Assembly: GCA_022571215.1 (NCBI GenBank)
Contig: JACZYG010000009.1
Coordinates: 18,663-82,662, forward strand
From: Fidelibacterota bacterium
GTDB lineage: Bacteria; Fidelibacterota; SORT01
Length of the DNA stretch: 64,000 bases
Reading direction: 5' to 3'
The notes under the pieces are model-generated. The model was not told the origin of the DNA, did not search any database, and was given only the letters and a program-made list of their open reading frames with translations. The position numbers and the translations under genes are program-made. Positions 41,056 through 51,127 of the stretch are shown in pieces (within the stretch, counting starts at the first letter, position 1; each line of letters opens with the position of its first letter).

Positions 41056-41967
41056 TTAAATAACCGGTATTCCGGGTGGATCAAATGAGAAGTTCAATCC
41101 AATATTAATTGACGAATACTCTCCTTTTGAAAATTCCGCATTGATGCCGAGTAGCGGGAAGACAGTGAATCTGAAACCACCCATAAATCTGACTCCGTTT
41201 TCGCCTTCAAGCTTTACTATAATATCGTTTCCTAATCCGCCAACTTTATATGTAAGGTCCATTTTAGAGCTTTCAAATTGAGTTCCTACGTATACGGTCA
41301 GCATCGGTACGCTCTTACTTAAACGAAGATTGAACGCTGTGTGTGTCGATTCTATCAGATTCTCTACACTGAAAGTCTGATACATAAATCCCACCGAAAG
41401 TTGTGGAAGAAGCGGTATCGGCGCCGGGAAATATTGGTCAAGACTGTGGGAAAGACCGAAGCCCAACAAATCAATCTTTGGAATATCATCGTTAGTTTCA
41501 AATGAGGGCAGGTAACGCAGATTCAGCTCCGTCCCCATCGGCAATCCGACAGAGAAATGAAGCACGCCAAACGGCACTCCTCCAATATCGAGACCGGCTG
41601 GATATGCATCTATACTATTGGTCGGACCGAAGACGGTACTTGCGTCAAGACTATCTGTTCTCGTAGAAAGTAAGTATGGCGCCTTATATGTAAGCGCTTC
41701 ATCGGGAATAGGTATAAACATGACACTTACACCGACGTCAAAGCCGGGAATTCCATGAATTTTTGCCGTATGATAAAGTCCCGTATTTACAGCTGTCCCA
41801 AGGGCTGTCGCAAACGGTTGCATGTAGTTTTCCACGTTATCCCCTACAATCTGTTCGATATACTCCTGCAATACCGACTGGGCGCTATCTACCTGACCAA
41901 AGCTTGTGTTTGTAAAAATAAGTGAAACCAATATCACAACTGATAAAAAGCCGTATACATTTCTCAT
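41056..41967 (-). CDS. Putative outer membrane beta-barrel protein (DUF6588-like)
   Basis: Signal peptide, YMQPF..G...NTGLYHTA, amphipathic beta strands (GLPMGTELNLRYLP, GFGLSH). Confidence 0.65.
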   Translation of the reverse strand: MRNVYGFLSVVILVSLIFTNTSFGQVDSAQSVLQEYIEQIVGDNVENYMQPFATALGTAVNTGLYHTAKIHGIPGFDVGVSVMFIPIPDEALTYKAPYLLSTRTDSLDASTVFGPTNSIDAYPAGLDIGGVPFGVLHFSVGLPMGTELNLRYLPSFETNDDIPKIDLLGFGLSHSLDQYFPAPIPLLPQLSVGFMYQTFSVENLIESTHTAFNLRLSKSVPMLTVYVGTQFESSKMDLTYKVGGLGNDIIVKLEGENGVRFMGGFRFTVFPLLGINAEFSKGEYSSINIGLNFSFDPPGIPVI

Positions 41968-42013
41968 ATTTTATGACTCCTCTCGATGATTTTTTTACCT
42001 TGCATGGTTTTGC

Positions 42014-42043
42014 AAAGTAATCATTCTCCATAAAAATTGTCAA
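42014..42043 (-). promoter_or_regulatory. Putative promoter for the outer-membrane trio
   Basis: TTGACA-18 bp-TACTTT on the minus strand. Confidence 0.4.
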
Positions 42044-42208
42044 GCTTTTTAACTCGCAAGATTTCACTATGTTCCATATATTATCGGTATATTTTTCTAA
42101 TTCTAAAGCATGTTATCTATTATATTATTTTGTGCCGAAAATTAATTTTTTTAACAGTGGATTACATTTACGATTATTAAATGAATAGCTTACAGGAATA
42201 AAGAACAG

Positions 42209-43306
42209 ATGGGATTTTCCTGTGGTATAGTAGGTCTTCCAAACGTCGGTAAATCAACAATATACCGCGCGCTGACCTCCGCGGACGTGACTATTGAACC
42301 ATACGCATTTTCAACCATAACTCCTAATATAGGCGTAGTTGATGTCCCCGATGTCCGCCTTGAGCATATTGCCCTGTCAATCAAACCCGACACCGTAATA
42401 AAAACGACTCTGAATTTTGTGGATGTCGCGGGATTAGTTGAAGGCGCATCATTGGGAGAAGGAATGGGCAATCAATTTTTAAGTCATATTAGAGATGTAG
42501 ATGCAATAGCTCATGTTATCAGATGCTTTCAGGATAAAAACATCCCGCACATTACGCCCGAGTTGAATCCCCTTAAAGATATAGAAGTAATTGAACTTGA
42601 GCTAATCTTAAAGGATCTGGATACAATAGATAAAAGAATCAATAAGATCCAAAAAGCCTCTAAATCAGGAAATAAAGATGCATTGCGGGATTTGGATATT
42701 CTTGAGAGAATCAGAATTGAACTTAATGAAGGAACCCCCGTTTCGAGCCTCACCCTTGAGGAACCGGAACGTGCTCTTGTAGATCAGCTTTATCTGCTTT
42801 CAGCGAAACCTCAATTTTTTGTGGCGAATATCGGAGAGGAACAACTCAAAGCGGAAAGCGACCCGTTACTCGAACAGGTATCTGAAGCTGCGATAGCACG
42901 TGGGATTCCATATATCTCGCTTTGCAGCAAGTTGGAATCAGAGATTTTAGACCTTCCCGCGGAAGAACGACAACAATTTTCTGAGGAGATGGGCATAGCC
43001 GAATCCGGCTTGGAAAATTTAGTCAGCGTCGGATATGAGCTGTTGGAATTGATAACATTTTTTACGACTCAATCCAATGAAGTCAAGGCATGGACGGTGA
43101 CCGATGGTACTTCTGCGGCCGAATCGGCAGGAAAAATTCATTCTGATATTCAATCAGGATTTATAAAAGCCGATATTATCAAATATGAAGACCTAATTGA
43201 CTTCCAATCCGAATCCGCGGTACGAGAGAAAGGGTTGGTCATGACGGTCGGGAAAGAGCATCTTATTGAAGACGGAGATATTATCCACTTTAAATTCAGG
43301 TCATGA
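42209..43306 (+). CDS. ychF: Ribosome-binding ATPase YchF
   Basis: GIVGLPNVGKST, VDVAGLVEGASLGEGMGNQFL, LITFFT..AGKIHSD..GFI TGS domain. Confidence 0.95.
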   Translation: MGFSCGIVGLPNVGKSTIYRALTSADVTIEPYAFSTITPNIGVVDVPDVRLEHIALSIKPDTVIKTTLNFVDVAGLVEGASLGEGMGNQFLSHIRDVDAIAHVIRCFQDKNIPHITPELNPLKDIEVIELELILKDLDTIDKRINKIQKASKSGNKDALRDLDILERIRIELNEGTPVSSLTLEEPERALVDQLYLLSAKPQFFVANIGEEQLKAESDPLLEQVSEAAIARGIPYISLCSKLESEILDLPAEERQQFSEEMGIAESGLENLVSVGYELLELITFFTTQSNEVKAWTVTDGTSAAESAGKIHSDIQSGFIKADIIKYEDLIDFQSESAVREKGLVMTVGKEHLIEDGDIIHFKFRS

Positions 43307-43326
43307 AAAATAACTGCAGTATGAAT

Positions 43327-44397
43327 TTATTTCTTACGGCTGCTGATAAGTTTATTTAGTTTCTTTAAAGACCGTTTTGCCGGATTGAATTTGGGGTTAA
43401 GCGCAAGACATTCTTTATATTTCGCTTTAGCGTTACCGTAATTACCCGCCTTTTCATGAACCATTCCGAGTCTCCAGTATGCAGCAAAATAAGTAGGAGA
43501 TAATTTTACTGCGGGGCTTGCGAGGTAACGGTTATAAACATCAATGCCCGCTTGCAAACTGTCCCCTTCTGATAAGTAAGTCAATCCGAGTTGATAAAAC
43601 ACTTTTAAAGAATCTCCCGGAGACATCTGAAGTATAATTCTCAGCTGTTTTCTTGACGACATTATGTTGATGTTTTTTAGAATGTGCATCTTCGTCCAGC
43701 GATTAGCAATGTTCATACTATCCAGGTTTATGGCTTTTTCAATTTCCTTTTCTGCGAGTTCAAACTCCCCCAAGGAGAGGAAATAATGCGCTTTCATATC
43801 CGCGCCTCTATAGGGGTCCAATTTCTCAATATGTTCCAATTCTTCTTTGGCTTTTTCCACGGAACCACCTGCTAATCTGGGTGTACTCGAGTAAAAGCTA
43901 AACAGATCCTCATGTGTTTTTATATAATCAGGAAGTAATTCGGCTGCCCGTTTAAAATGCTCCCGGATATTGCCAACAATAAAAGCGGCTCTGAATTTTG
44001 AAGAGTTTCTTGCCTTCAGTCCGAATGCCCTGCCTAACCAGTGATGCGCCATACCGGAATTTTCGTTCTTCTTAACCGCCTTCTTTCCCCACTTGATTGC
44101 CTTATTCCAATCGTTGTCGCTTATCCAATACATACAAATTAGCCTATATCCTTCACTTCTTTCCGGATATTTTTCTATAAGCAAATCGCCGTACTTTTTA
44201 ACACTATCAATCTCCCCTATGTAAAAGAGTCTGCTGGCATTTTCAACAATTTGATCATATTCATCTTTAGGCGGATCCGTTTTCCCCTGTGGAATATTGA
44301 ATATGAAAAGAAGAGCGAATATAATTATCAAAGACTTAGATCCTCCTGAGAGTAATTTATATGCGTTAAATCTAAAAACCTTTAATTTTTTTGTCAT
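43327..44397 (-). CDS. Exported TPR protein
   Basis: N-terminal hydrophobic segment; TPR repeats (HHWLGRAFG, YWRLGMVHEKAG..ALNP). Confidence 0.8.
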   Translation of the reverse strand: MTKKLKVFRFNAYKLLSGGSKSLIIIFALLFIFNIPQGKTDPPKDEYDQIVENASRLFYIGEIDSVKKYGDLLIEKYPERSEGYRLICMYWISDNDWNKAIKWGKKAVKKNENSGMAHHWLGRAFGLKARNSSKFRAAFIVGNIREHFKRAAELLPDYIKTHEDLFSFYSSTPRLAGGSVEKAKEELEHIEKLDPYRGADMKAHYFLSLGEFELAEKEIEKAINLDSMNIANRWTKMHILKNINIMSSRKQLRIILQMSPGDSLKVFYQLGLTYLSEGDSLQAGIDVYNRYLASPAVKLSPTYFAAYWRLGMVHEKAGNYGNAKAKYKECLALNPKFNPAKRSLKKLNKLISSRKK

Positions 44398-44872
44398 TCC
44401 CGTCCTCTATACCTTTTATCGGCGGGATATATTGCAACTCAAATAATTTTGTCTCTCCTCTGTTTGAATGGTATACTTCCTTCAGCGATTCCGGATTGAC
44501 TTTTCTAAGAATTTCAAGCGTTGGACCGGTATTTTTTCTCATATCGGTAATAGGGTAGTCTAAATCGTCACTTACTATATGAGTCACTTTTTTATAATTG
44601 AGATAACCTAATATCTTATCCGCATTTTCTATAAACGGAAATTGAACGGTTTTTCGTGTCGAGTATAGATAAAATTCCTGCCCGATTCTCGTTGCGATAA
44701 CGGCATCGGCGCCGAGATTTTTCCCAGCCCAGCTCGCCACTTCAAAATAACCTTTCCATTGTGGTAACAGCGGCTTTGACAGCTCCGCGTCTAATGACCT
44801 CAAACTCCACAGGTTCAATATTGCGATCAGTATCATTATTCCATACGAATATTTCGTTCCGTTTTTCAACAA
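44372..44872 (-). CDS. Hypothetical membrane-anchored protein resembling the C-terminal domain of GT-C/ArnT-like glycosyltransferases
   Basis: One TM, then YFEVASWAGKN..AVIATR...FYLYSTRK..VTHIVSD. No clear RBS. Confidence 0.5.
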   Translation of the reverse strand: MLKNGTKYSYGIMILIAILNLWSLRSLDAELSKPLLPQWKGYFEVASWAGKNLGADAVIATRIGQEFYLYSTRKTVQFPFIENADKILGYLNYKKVTHIVSDDLDYPITDMRKNTGPTLEILRKVNPESLKEVYHSNRGETKLFELQYIPPIKGIEDGNDKKIKGF

Positions 44873-44982
44873 ATATGCTTCATCATTAACGAGTTCGTAA
44901 TATTAAATCCAAAACTATTAGTTTGGAATAACGATTCATGCAGGATATATTTTTCCCTCTAAGATATGATAATTATACCGAA

Positions 44983-45957
44983 ATGGAAAGAGTCAGAATA
45001 GGCGTTATAGGAGTTGGGCATCTTGGATCCGCCCATCTGAAAAACCTCATCACTATTGATGAAGTTGAGCTCATTGGCTTGTACGACATTGATCATGAGC
45101 GAGCGGACGAGGTGGCTTCATTGCAAGGAACCGTTTCATTTGATTCCCAAGAAGAATTATTGAACAGTGTTGATGCCGTATCGATTGTAACACCAACCAG
45201 CAGCCATTTTGAAGTTGCCATGGAAGCTCTGAACAGAGGCAAAAGCATATTTGTTGAAAAACCGATCTGCGATAATGTCGAAGATGCTCGAACATTGGTC
45301 AAAGCCGCTGAAGGTAAAAACTGTATGGTTCAAGTCGGTCACATTGAGCGATTTAGCGGAACTTACCGTGCTTTCGATCATTCAGAATTAGATCCTATGT
45401 TTATTGAGTGCCACCGACTCATGGAATTTCAGCCGAGAAATGTTGACGTCGCTGTCGTGCTTGACCTGATGATTCATGATATAGATCTTGTTCTGCATAT
45501 GACCGGATCAAAACCGGTAACCATCGATGCGAACGGAGTTTCCGTTATAACAGATAACGTTGACATAGCCAATGCGAGGTTGACCTTCGCGAACGGGTGC
45601 GTAGCTAACTTAACAGCGAGCCGCATAAGTCAGAAGGGTATGCGGAAGATGAGAATCTTTGAGAAGAACTCATACATAACTCTTGATTTCTTAAAAAACG
45701 AAACTCGCATCTTTAAGATCAGCTCTGCCGATTCTCCCGGAAACGGTTTGAAAGTATCCCAAATCCAATTAAACGATGAAGTGAAGAACATTTATCTTAA
45801 TTCGCCGAAAGTGGTGGATGATAATCCTCTTCTTACCGAACTAAATGCATTTGTACACTCTGTTCAGACAGGAGAGAAACCGCCCGTAACGGGTGAAGAC
45901 GGTTTGGCGGCTTTGGAAGTAGCCTTAAAAATCATTTCTGTCATTAACAAGGAATAG
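44983..45957 (+). CDS. Gfo/Idh/MocA oxidoreductase (GnnA-like UDP-GlcNAc 3-dehydrogenase)
   Basis: GVIGVGHLG, VEKP, VGHIERF, DLMIHDID, TASRIS; directly upstream of lpxB. Start MERV at 44983 preferred. Confidence 0.85.
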   Translation: MERVRIGVIGVGHLGSAHLKNLITIDEVELIGLYDIDHERADEVASLQGTVSFDSQEELLNSVDAVSIVTPTSSHFEVAMEALNRGKSIFVEKPICDNVEDARTLVKAAEGKNCMVQVGHIERFSGTYRAFDHSELDPMFIECHRLMEFQPRNVDVAVVLDLMIHDIDLVLHMTGSKPVTIDANGVSVITDNVDIANARLTFANGCVANLTASRISQKGMRKMRIFEKNSYITLDFLKNETRIFKISSADSPGNGLKVSQIQLNDEVKNIYLNSPKVVDDNPLLTELNAFVHSVQTGEKPPVTGEDGLAALEVALKIISVINKE

Positions 45958-45994
45958 CCTCTGAAACAGATTGGTATCTTTTTGCGAGTAATTA

Positions 45995-47143
45995 ATGAAT
46001 TCTAATTCCATTCTAATAATAGCGGGCGAGCTTTCGGGCGATGTTCAAGGCGGTAAACTCGTTGCGGCTATTAAAAAAATGTCTCCTGATGTCAGTATAA
46101 CCGGCATTGGAGGTGATAACATGAAAGACGCTGGTATGGAGCTGCTTCGCCACATTCGCGAAATGTCATTTCTCGGATTTTCTGAAGTAATTAAGCATCT
46201 ACCGCTAATTCGTCAGATAATGAACGAACTGACAGAATGGATAGAAACTAACCGTCCGGAGACCGTTGTATTAATAGACTACCCCGGATTCAACCTTCGG
46301 TTAGCAAAAAAGGCAAAAAAATTGGGTTGTAGAGTCGTTTATTACATCAGCCCTCAAATTTGGGCATGGGGCGCCGGAAGAATAAAAAAAATATCCCGGC
46401 TTGTTGACCATATGATAGTTGTTTTTCCATTTGAAGAGAAGATTTACAGATCGGCCGGAATCAAAGTTGATTTTGTAGGTCATCCTATTCTTGAGGGATT
46501 AAAGAGCAAATTATCCCGTGATGAGTTTTTTGAAAAACATGGTCTTAAATCAGACAAATCCCTTGTCGGTTTATTACCCGGAAGCAGGATACAGGAAGTT
46601 GAGAAACTTTACCTTCCAATGATAGAAGCAGCTGAACTGATGAAGAAAGAGCTCCCGGCTCTGCAAACTGTTACCGGAGTTTCACCTACTTTGAATGAAA
46701 AGATGTATTCAATTATTGAAACCGGTAAGGATTTGGAACACTCTAAAGCTGTTTACGATGTTATGCAGCATTCAGATTTGCTCTTCGTGGCTTCGGGCAC
46801 TGCCACGTTAGAGTCTGCCTGTTTAGGTACACCGATGATTATCGTGTATAAGGTCTCTCCCGTTTCCTGGTTTTTAGGTAAGATGCTCGTAAAATTAAAG
46901 AATATCGGACTTGTTAATATCGTTGCAGGCGAGCAGATCGTGCCGGAAATTTTGCAATCGGAAGTCACGGCGACACGCTTGGCTTCCGAAGGACTTTCAC
47001 TGCTCGGGGATAAAACTCTTATGGAGGATACACGGAAAAGACTTGTGATGGTCAAAGAATCGCTCGGCAAAACGGGAGCCTCTCAAAGAGCTGCGGAACT
47101 TATTGTCAACAGAACTTCATCTAAGGATGATAACAAGGATTAA
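45995..47143 (+). CDS. lpxB: Lipid-A-disaccharide synthase
   Basis: AGELSGD, IDYPGFN, SPQIWAW, FVGHP, LPGSR, SGTATLE. Confidence 0.97.
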   Translation: MNSNSILIIAGELSGDVQGGKLVAAIKKMSPDVSITGIGGDNMKDAGMELLRHIREMSFLGFSEVIKHLPLIRQIMNELTEWIETNRPETVVLIDYPGFNLRLAKKAKKLGCRVVYYISPQIWAWGAGRIKKISRLVDHMIVVFPFEEKIYRSAGIKVDFVGHPILEGLKSKLSRDEFFEKHGLKSDKSLVGLLPGSRIQEVEKLYLPMIEAAELMKKELPALQTVTGVSPTLNEKMYSIIETGKDLEHSKAVYDVMQHSDLLFVASGTATLESACLGTPMIIVYKVSPVSWFLGKMLVKLKNIGLVNIVAGEQIVPEILQSEVTATRLASEGLSLLGDKTLMEDTRKRLVMVKESLGKTGASQRAAELIVNRTSSKDDNKD

Positions 47144-47154
47144 ACCTCTGCTTC

Positions 47155-48180
47155 ATGAGAAAATTTCTTTTACCACTGTTATACCCACTCTCGCTTCTTT
47201 ATAGAACGCTTATAGCGCTGCGAAATCTGTTTTTCGATTTAGGGGTATTTAGCCGAAACAGAGTTGACGCGATAGTTATCAGTGTAGGCAATTTATCAGT
47301 CGGCGGTACGGGGAAAACTCCTCTCGTTTTGTATCTGATAGACATGTTATCAGCATTCGAAAAAAATATCGCCGTTATCACTCGCGGTTACGGTAGAAGT
47401 TCGAGTTCACCTAAATTGTATCTGCCGTCCGAGAAGATAAACCATTGGCTTGAATCGGGTGATGAACCGTTTTTACTGAAAAACAGAGTTGAAAACTTGG
47501 TCATTTCTATTGACTCCAAAAAATTTCGAGGCGCTGCCGAAGCCGTCAAAAAGGGGAAATCAGAACTAATTATACTTGATGACGGTTTTCAGCATCGCTC
47601 TCTGATAAGAGATTTGGATATAGTTATCGTTGATGACAGCAAGAAATTAGAAGAACGACTTTTGATTCCCGCGGGACGGTTGAGAGAACCGCTCAAATCG
47701 CTTAAAAGAGCTGACATAGTAGTCTTCATGGGTAGTGAAGAAGATTCTCACGGAATCAAGGGATATCTTAAAGATGAAACTGTTTTGTGCGGAGCCGTTA
47801 AAGAACCTGAACTGTTGATCAGGGCAGATTCAAATGAAGCGGTAAGTTTTTCTGAATTGAAAGACAAAAAGATCACCGCTTTTTGCGGCATCGGAAATCC
47901 TGAAGGTTTCCGTTCGACGCTGAATTCCTTTGACCCTGATTTGTTGGAGTTACTCAAATTTCCTGACCACCATATATATACGCAGACGGACTTCACTGAG
48001 ATAAAGAATAAATTCCTATCCTCTAACTCTGATTTTCTTATCACTACCGAAAAAGACGCTTTTAAACTGCCACCGAACTTTTTGTCGGAAATTGACGTCT
48101 ATATCCTTAGGATAGCTTTTAAACTCGGATGGGGTAAGCCTGAATTTGATAAAAAGATTAATGAGATTTTTCGATCATAA
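47155..48180 (+). CDS. lpxK: Tetraacyldisaccharide 4'-kinase
   Basis: SVGNLSVGGTGKTP, RGYG, GDEP, LDDGFQH, PAGRLRE, FPDHH, TTEKD. Confidence 0.97.
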   Translation: MRKFLLPLLYPLSLLYRTLIALRNLFFDLGVFSRNRVDAIVISVGNLSVGGTGKTPLVLYLIDMLSAFEKNIAVITRGYGRSSSSPKLYLPSEKINHWLESGDEPFLLKNRVENLVISIDSKKFRGAAEAVKKGKSELIILDDGFQHRSLIRDLDIVIVDDSKKLEERLLIPAGRLREPLKSLKRADIVVFMGSEEDSHGIKGYLKDETVLCGAVKEPELLIRADSNEAVSFSELKDKKITAFCGIGNPEGFRSTLNSFDPDLLELLKFPDHHIYTQTDFTEIKNKFLSSNSDFLITTEKDAFKLPPNFLSEIDVYILRIAFKLGWGKPEFDKKINEIFRS

Positions 48181-48316
48181 TGATTTGTGCCTTAGATGAC
48201 ATTGCATATTGATAAAGTGTTGTATATATTGACTGAAATTGGAACTGATGATGGAGAAATGCAGTTCAAAATACAGAAGGACAGAGTCATCGGGATCAGT
48301 TTTTAAAGGAGCTTTA

Positions 48317-49909
48317 ATGAAGAGACGTATAAAAGTATTAGTGATAACCGCTCTCACGCTTGTAGTCGGGTTTGCAAGTTTTAATATCGGTCAGTCTGCG
48401 CCGGACCTTTATTCCAAATTAGAAGTTTTTAATAATATGATCCAGATAATGAATCGATACTATGTGGACAAAGTCGATTGGGATAAGGTAATGACCGGAG
48501 CATATCGGGGTATGATGGCGGAACTCGACCCACATTCGGTTTATATTGATAAAGAACGGTTTAAAAAGAGTGAAGAAAGTTTCTCGGGGAAATTTCAGGG
48601 AATCGGAATTGAGTTTGACATACTTGACGGATATATCACGGTTATCGCGCCGATAGTAGGTTCACCCTCCGAAAAACTTGGTTTGACGACAGGAGATAAG
48701 ATTATTTCCATCGACAATGAGTCAGCCAAGAACATCACTTACAAGGAAGTTTTTAGCCGACTTCGAGGTCCGAAAGGCTCGAGAGTAGACGTTACCATCA
48801 GGCGGAATGGAGTCAAAGACGATTTTGACCTTACAATCATCAGAGATGAAATTCCGATTTACTCGGTTCTCTCATCATTTATGATTAATGATGAAACCGG
48901 TTATATCCTGCTTAACCGATTCTCAAGAACAACGAGTGATGAAATAGAAGAGGCGATGCAATCTCTTGAAGCAGAGGGAATGAAAAATCTTATTTTGGAC
49001 CTCCGCTCGAATGCGGGAGGTTATTTGGAAGAAGCGGTTGATGTCCTTGATAAATTTATTGAAGGCGGTGAGGTTCTCGTTTACACGAAAGGCAGAGTAT
49101 CAAGCGCAAATGAGGAGTATTATTCCACGTCCAAAGCCACTCACGATCGGCATCCCTTGATCGTCTTAGTGAATAGGGGTTCCGCAAGCGCCTCTGAAAT
49201 AGTGGCAGGCGCAATTCAGGACCTTGATAGAGGCTTAGTGGTCGGCGAGACAACTTTTGGAAAGGGGTTGGTTCAAAGACAATGGAAAATGAAAGACGAT
49301 TCTGCTATCAGGGTAACAATAGCAAGATACTACACTCCAAGCGGACGACTGATACAAAGACCTTATGATAATGGGACTGAACAATATTATAAGGATATCA
49401 GGGACGACGCTCAAAACCACGTAGACCCGGAAAAAGACGATCGCCCTACTTTCCCCACCAAATCAGGCAGGACAGTCAGAGGAGGCGGTGGAATAACCCC
49501 TGATCTGATTGTGTCGCTCAACATCGAATTGGAACAGGCAACTATCAAACTCCTGAGCGAACCTGACCGTTTCGTATTCACGTATGCGTCTAAGTATGCT
49601 TCCGAAAACAAACAATTGTCCTCTGATGAAAATAAGTTTATTGAAAGCTTTGATCTGTCCGATGAGATGCTGCTTGCGTTCGTCTCATTAGTTGAGGAAT
49701 CAGAGTTTGAACTTGATAAAGATGCCTTAGAGAAAGATAAGGAATACGTCAAGAATCTGATTAAAGCTGAAATCGCAGCCGCGTTTTTTGGAAGAAACGG
49801 TCGTTTTAAAGTGAAAATACAAAAGGATAATCAAGTACAAAAAGCGCTTGAACTTCTGCCTAAAGCAAAAGATCTTGCCGACGCTGTTTTAGAACTTAAA
49901 GAAAACTGA
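48317..49909 (+). CDS. ctpA: S41 carboxyl-terminal protease (PDZ)
   Basis: Start MKRRIK at 48317 with AAGGAG; LDPHS, DLRSNAGG, SASASEI, TFGKGLVQ. Confidence 0.93.
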   Translation: MKRRIKVLVITALTLVVGFASFNIGQSAPDLYSKLEVFNNMIQIMNRYYVDKVDWDKVMTGAYRGMMAELDPHSVYIDKERFKKSEESFSGKFQGIGIEFDILDGYITVIAPIVGSPSEKLGLTTGDKIISIDNESAKNITYKEVFSRLRGPKGSRVDVTIRRNGVKDDFDLTIIRDEIPIYSVLSSFMINDETGYILLNRFSRTTSDEIEEAMQSLEAEGMKNLILDLRSNAGGYLEEAVDVLDKFIEGGEVLVYTKGRVSSANEEYYSTSKATHDRHPLIVLVNRGSASASEIVAGAIQDLDRGLVVGETTFGKGLVQRQWKMKDDSAIRVTIARYYTPSGRLIQRPYDNGTEQYYKDIRDDAQNHVDPEKDDRPTFPTKSGRTVRGGGGITPDLIVSLNIELEQATIKLLSEPDRFVFTYASKYASENKQLSSDENKFIESFDLSDEMLLAFVSLVEESEFELDKDALEKDKEYVKNLIKAEIAAAFFGRNGRFKVKIQKDNQVQKALELLPKAKDLADAVLELKEN

Positions 49910-49928
49910 TCTGTGTCGTATATAATTA

Positions 49929-49957
49929 TTGACAATTGTTAATATTATAATTATTCT
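49929..49957 (+). promoter_or_regulatory. Promoter for exbB-exbD-exbD-tonB
   Basis: TTGACA-17 bp-TATTCT; the -35 lies inside an 18-bp near-palindrome. Confidence 0.55.
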
Positions 49958-50054
49958 ACGATGTCTTCAGAGGAATATATCCTCTGTTTATGTAAGGCAG
50001 GTAAATATTTTTTAATAAATAGTTATAATTCAACAATTTGGAGGCAAATAATAG

Positions 50055-50705
50055 ATGGTTGACAAATTTTTCGCAGGCGGTCCCTTCATGTATCCTATTC
50101 TTGTTTTACTTATTGTAGGAATAGCTTTTGTTGTCGAGCGATTCATAACTCTTTCTCGTGCGTCAATTGACACTCGTAAATTCATGCAAGACATCAAATC
50201 CGCATTAAACCAAAAAGGTTATGAAGGCGCAATGGAAGTATCTTCCAATACCAGAGGTCCTGTAGCTTCGATATTCTATGCGGGTCTCATGCGCGCCCAT
50301 AAAGGCGTAGAAGCAGTTGAAAAAGCCATAGGCAGCGCCGGAACAATTGAGATGGCTTTTCTTGAACGCAACCTAATTTGGCTTGGAACTATCTCAACTA
50401 TCGCTCCTTTATTAGGATTTACCGGAACGGTATCAGGTATGGTCGGCGCTTTCGAAGATATCGCGGCAGCGGATGATATATCACCTTCGATTGTTGCCGG
50501 TGGAATTTCCGAAGCTTTGTTAACAACTCTTTTCGGTCTCATAGTAGCTATGCTTATTCAAACAATGCATAACTATTTCATAGCGAAAGTTGACAGCCTT
50601 ATTATTAACATGGAAGAAAGCTCTGTGGAATTAATAGATTCGCTCGTTGATCTTAGTGATGGAAGACTAAATACATCAGGTTCTTCCGATAACGCTTCTG
50701 AATAA
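50055..50705 (+). CDS. exbB: MotA/TolQ/ExbB proton channel
   Basis: APLLGFTGTVSGM, GISEALLTT.FGL. Confidence 0.92.
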   Translation: MVDKFFAGGPFMYPILVLLIVGIAFVVERFITLSRASIDTRKFMQDIKSALNQKGYEGAMEVSSNTRGPVASIFYAGLMRAHKGVEAVEKAIGSAGTIEMAFLERNLIWLGTISTIAPLLGFTGTVSGMVGAFEDIAAADDISPSIVAGGISEALLTTLFGLIVAMLIQTMHNYFIAKVDSLIINMEESSVELIDSLVDLSDGRLNTSGSSDNASE

Positions 50706-50723
50706 CCGACAGGTACCGATGAT

Positions 50724-51125
50724 ATGCTTTTAGAAAAAAGGAGAAAGCACCCGAATGAAATCCCTACCAGCTCTTTAGCCGATATTGCTTTTTTGCTGTT
50801 AGTATTTTTCCTTGTTACAACAACCATTGACATGGATAAAGGATTATCGCTTGTTCTTCCTGCGCCGGGTGAAGAAAAAGAAATTCCCAAAGAAAACATC
50901 TCTAACCTGCTGATAAATGCCGCAGGTAAGATTATGTTGGACGAAGAGCCGATTAACATGGCTGATATACGTAATACTGTCAAAAGAAAAATGAACAAAA
51001 ATCCTAACCTGATCTTCTCCATCAAAACAGACAGGAAAACAGACTATCAGGTTTTTGTATCAGTGCTTGATCAGCTAAAAATGGCTAACGCTACTCGGAT
51101 TTCCATAGCTGAACCGGAATTTTAA
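50724..51125 (+). CDS. exbD: ExbD/TolR biopolymer transporter
   Basis: SLADIAFLLLVFFLVTT. Confidence 0.92.
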   Translation: MLLEKRRKHPNEIPTSSLADIAFLLLVFFLVTTTIDMDKGLSLVLPAPGEEKEIPKENISNLLINAAGKIMLDEEPINMADIRNTVKRKMNKNPNLIFSIKTDRKTDYQVFVSVLDQLKMANATRISIAEPEF

Positions 51126-51127
51126 TT

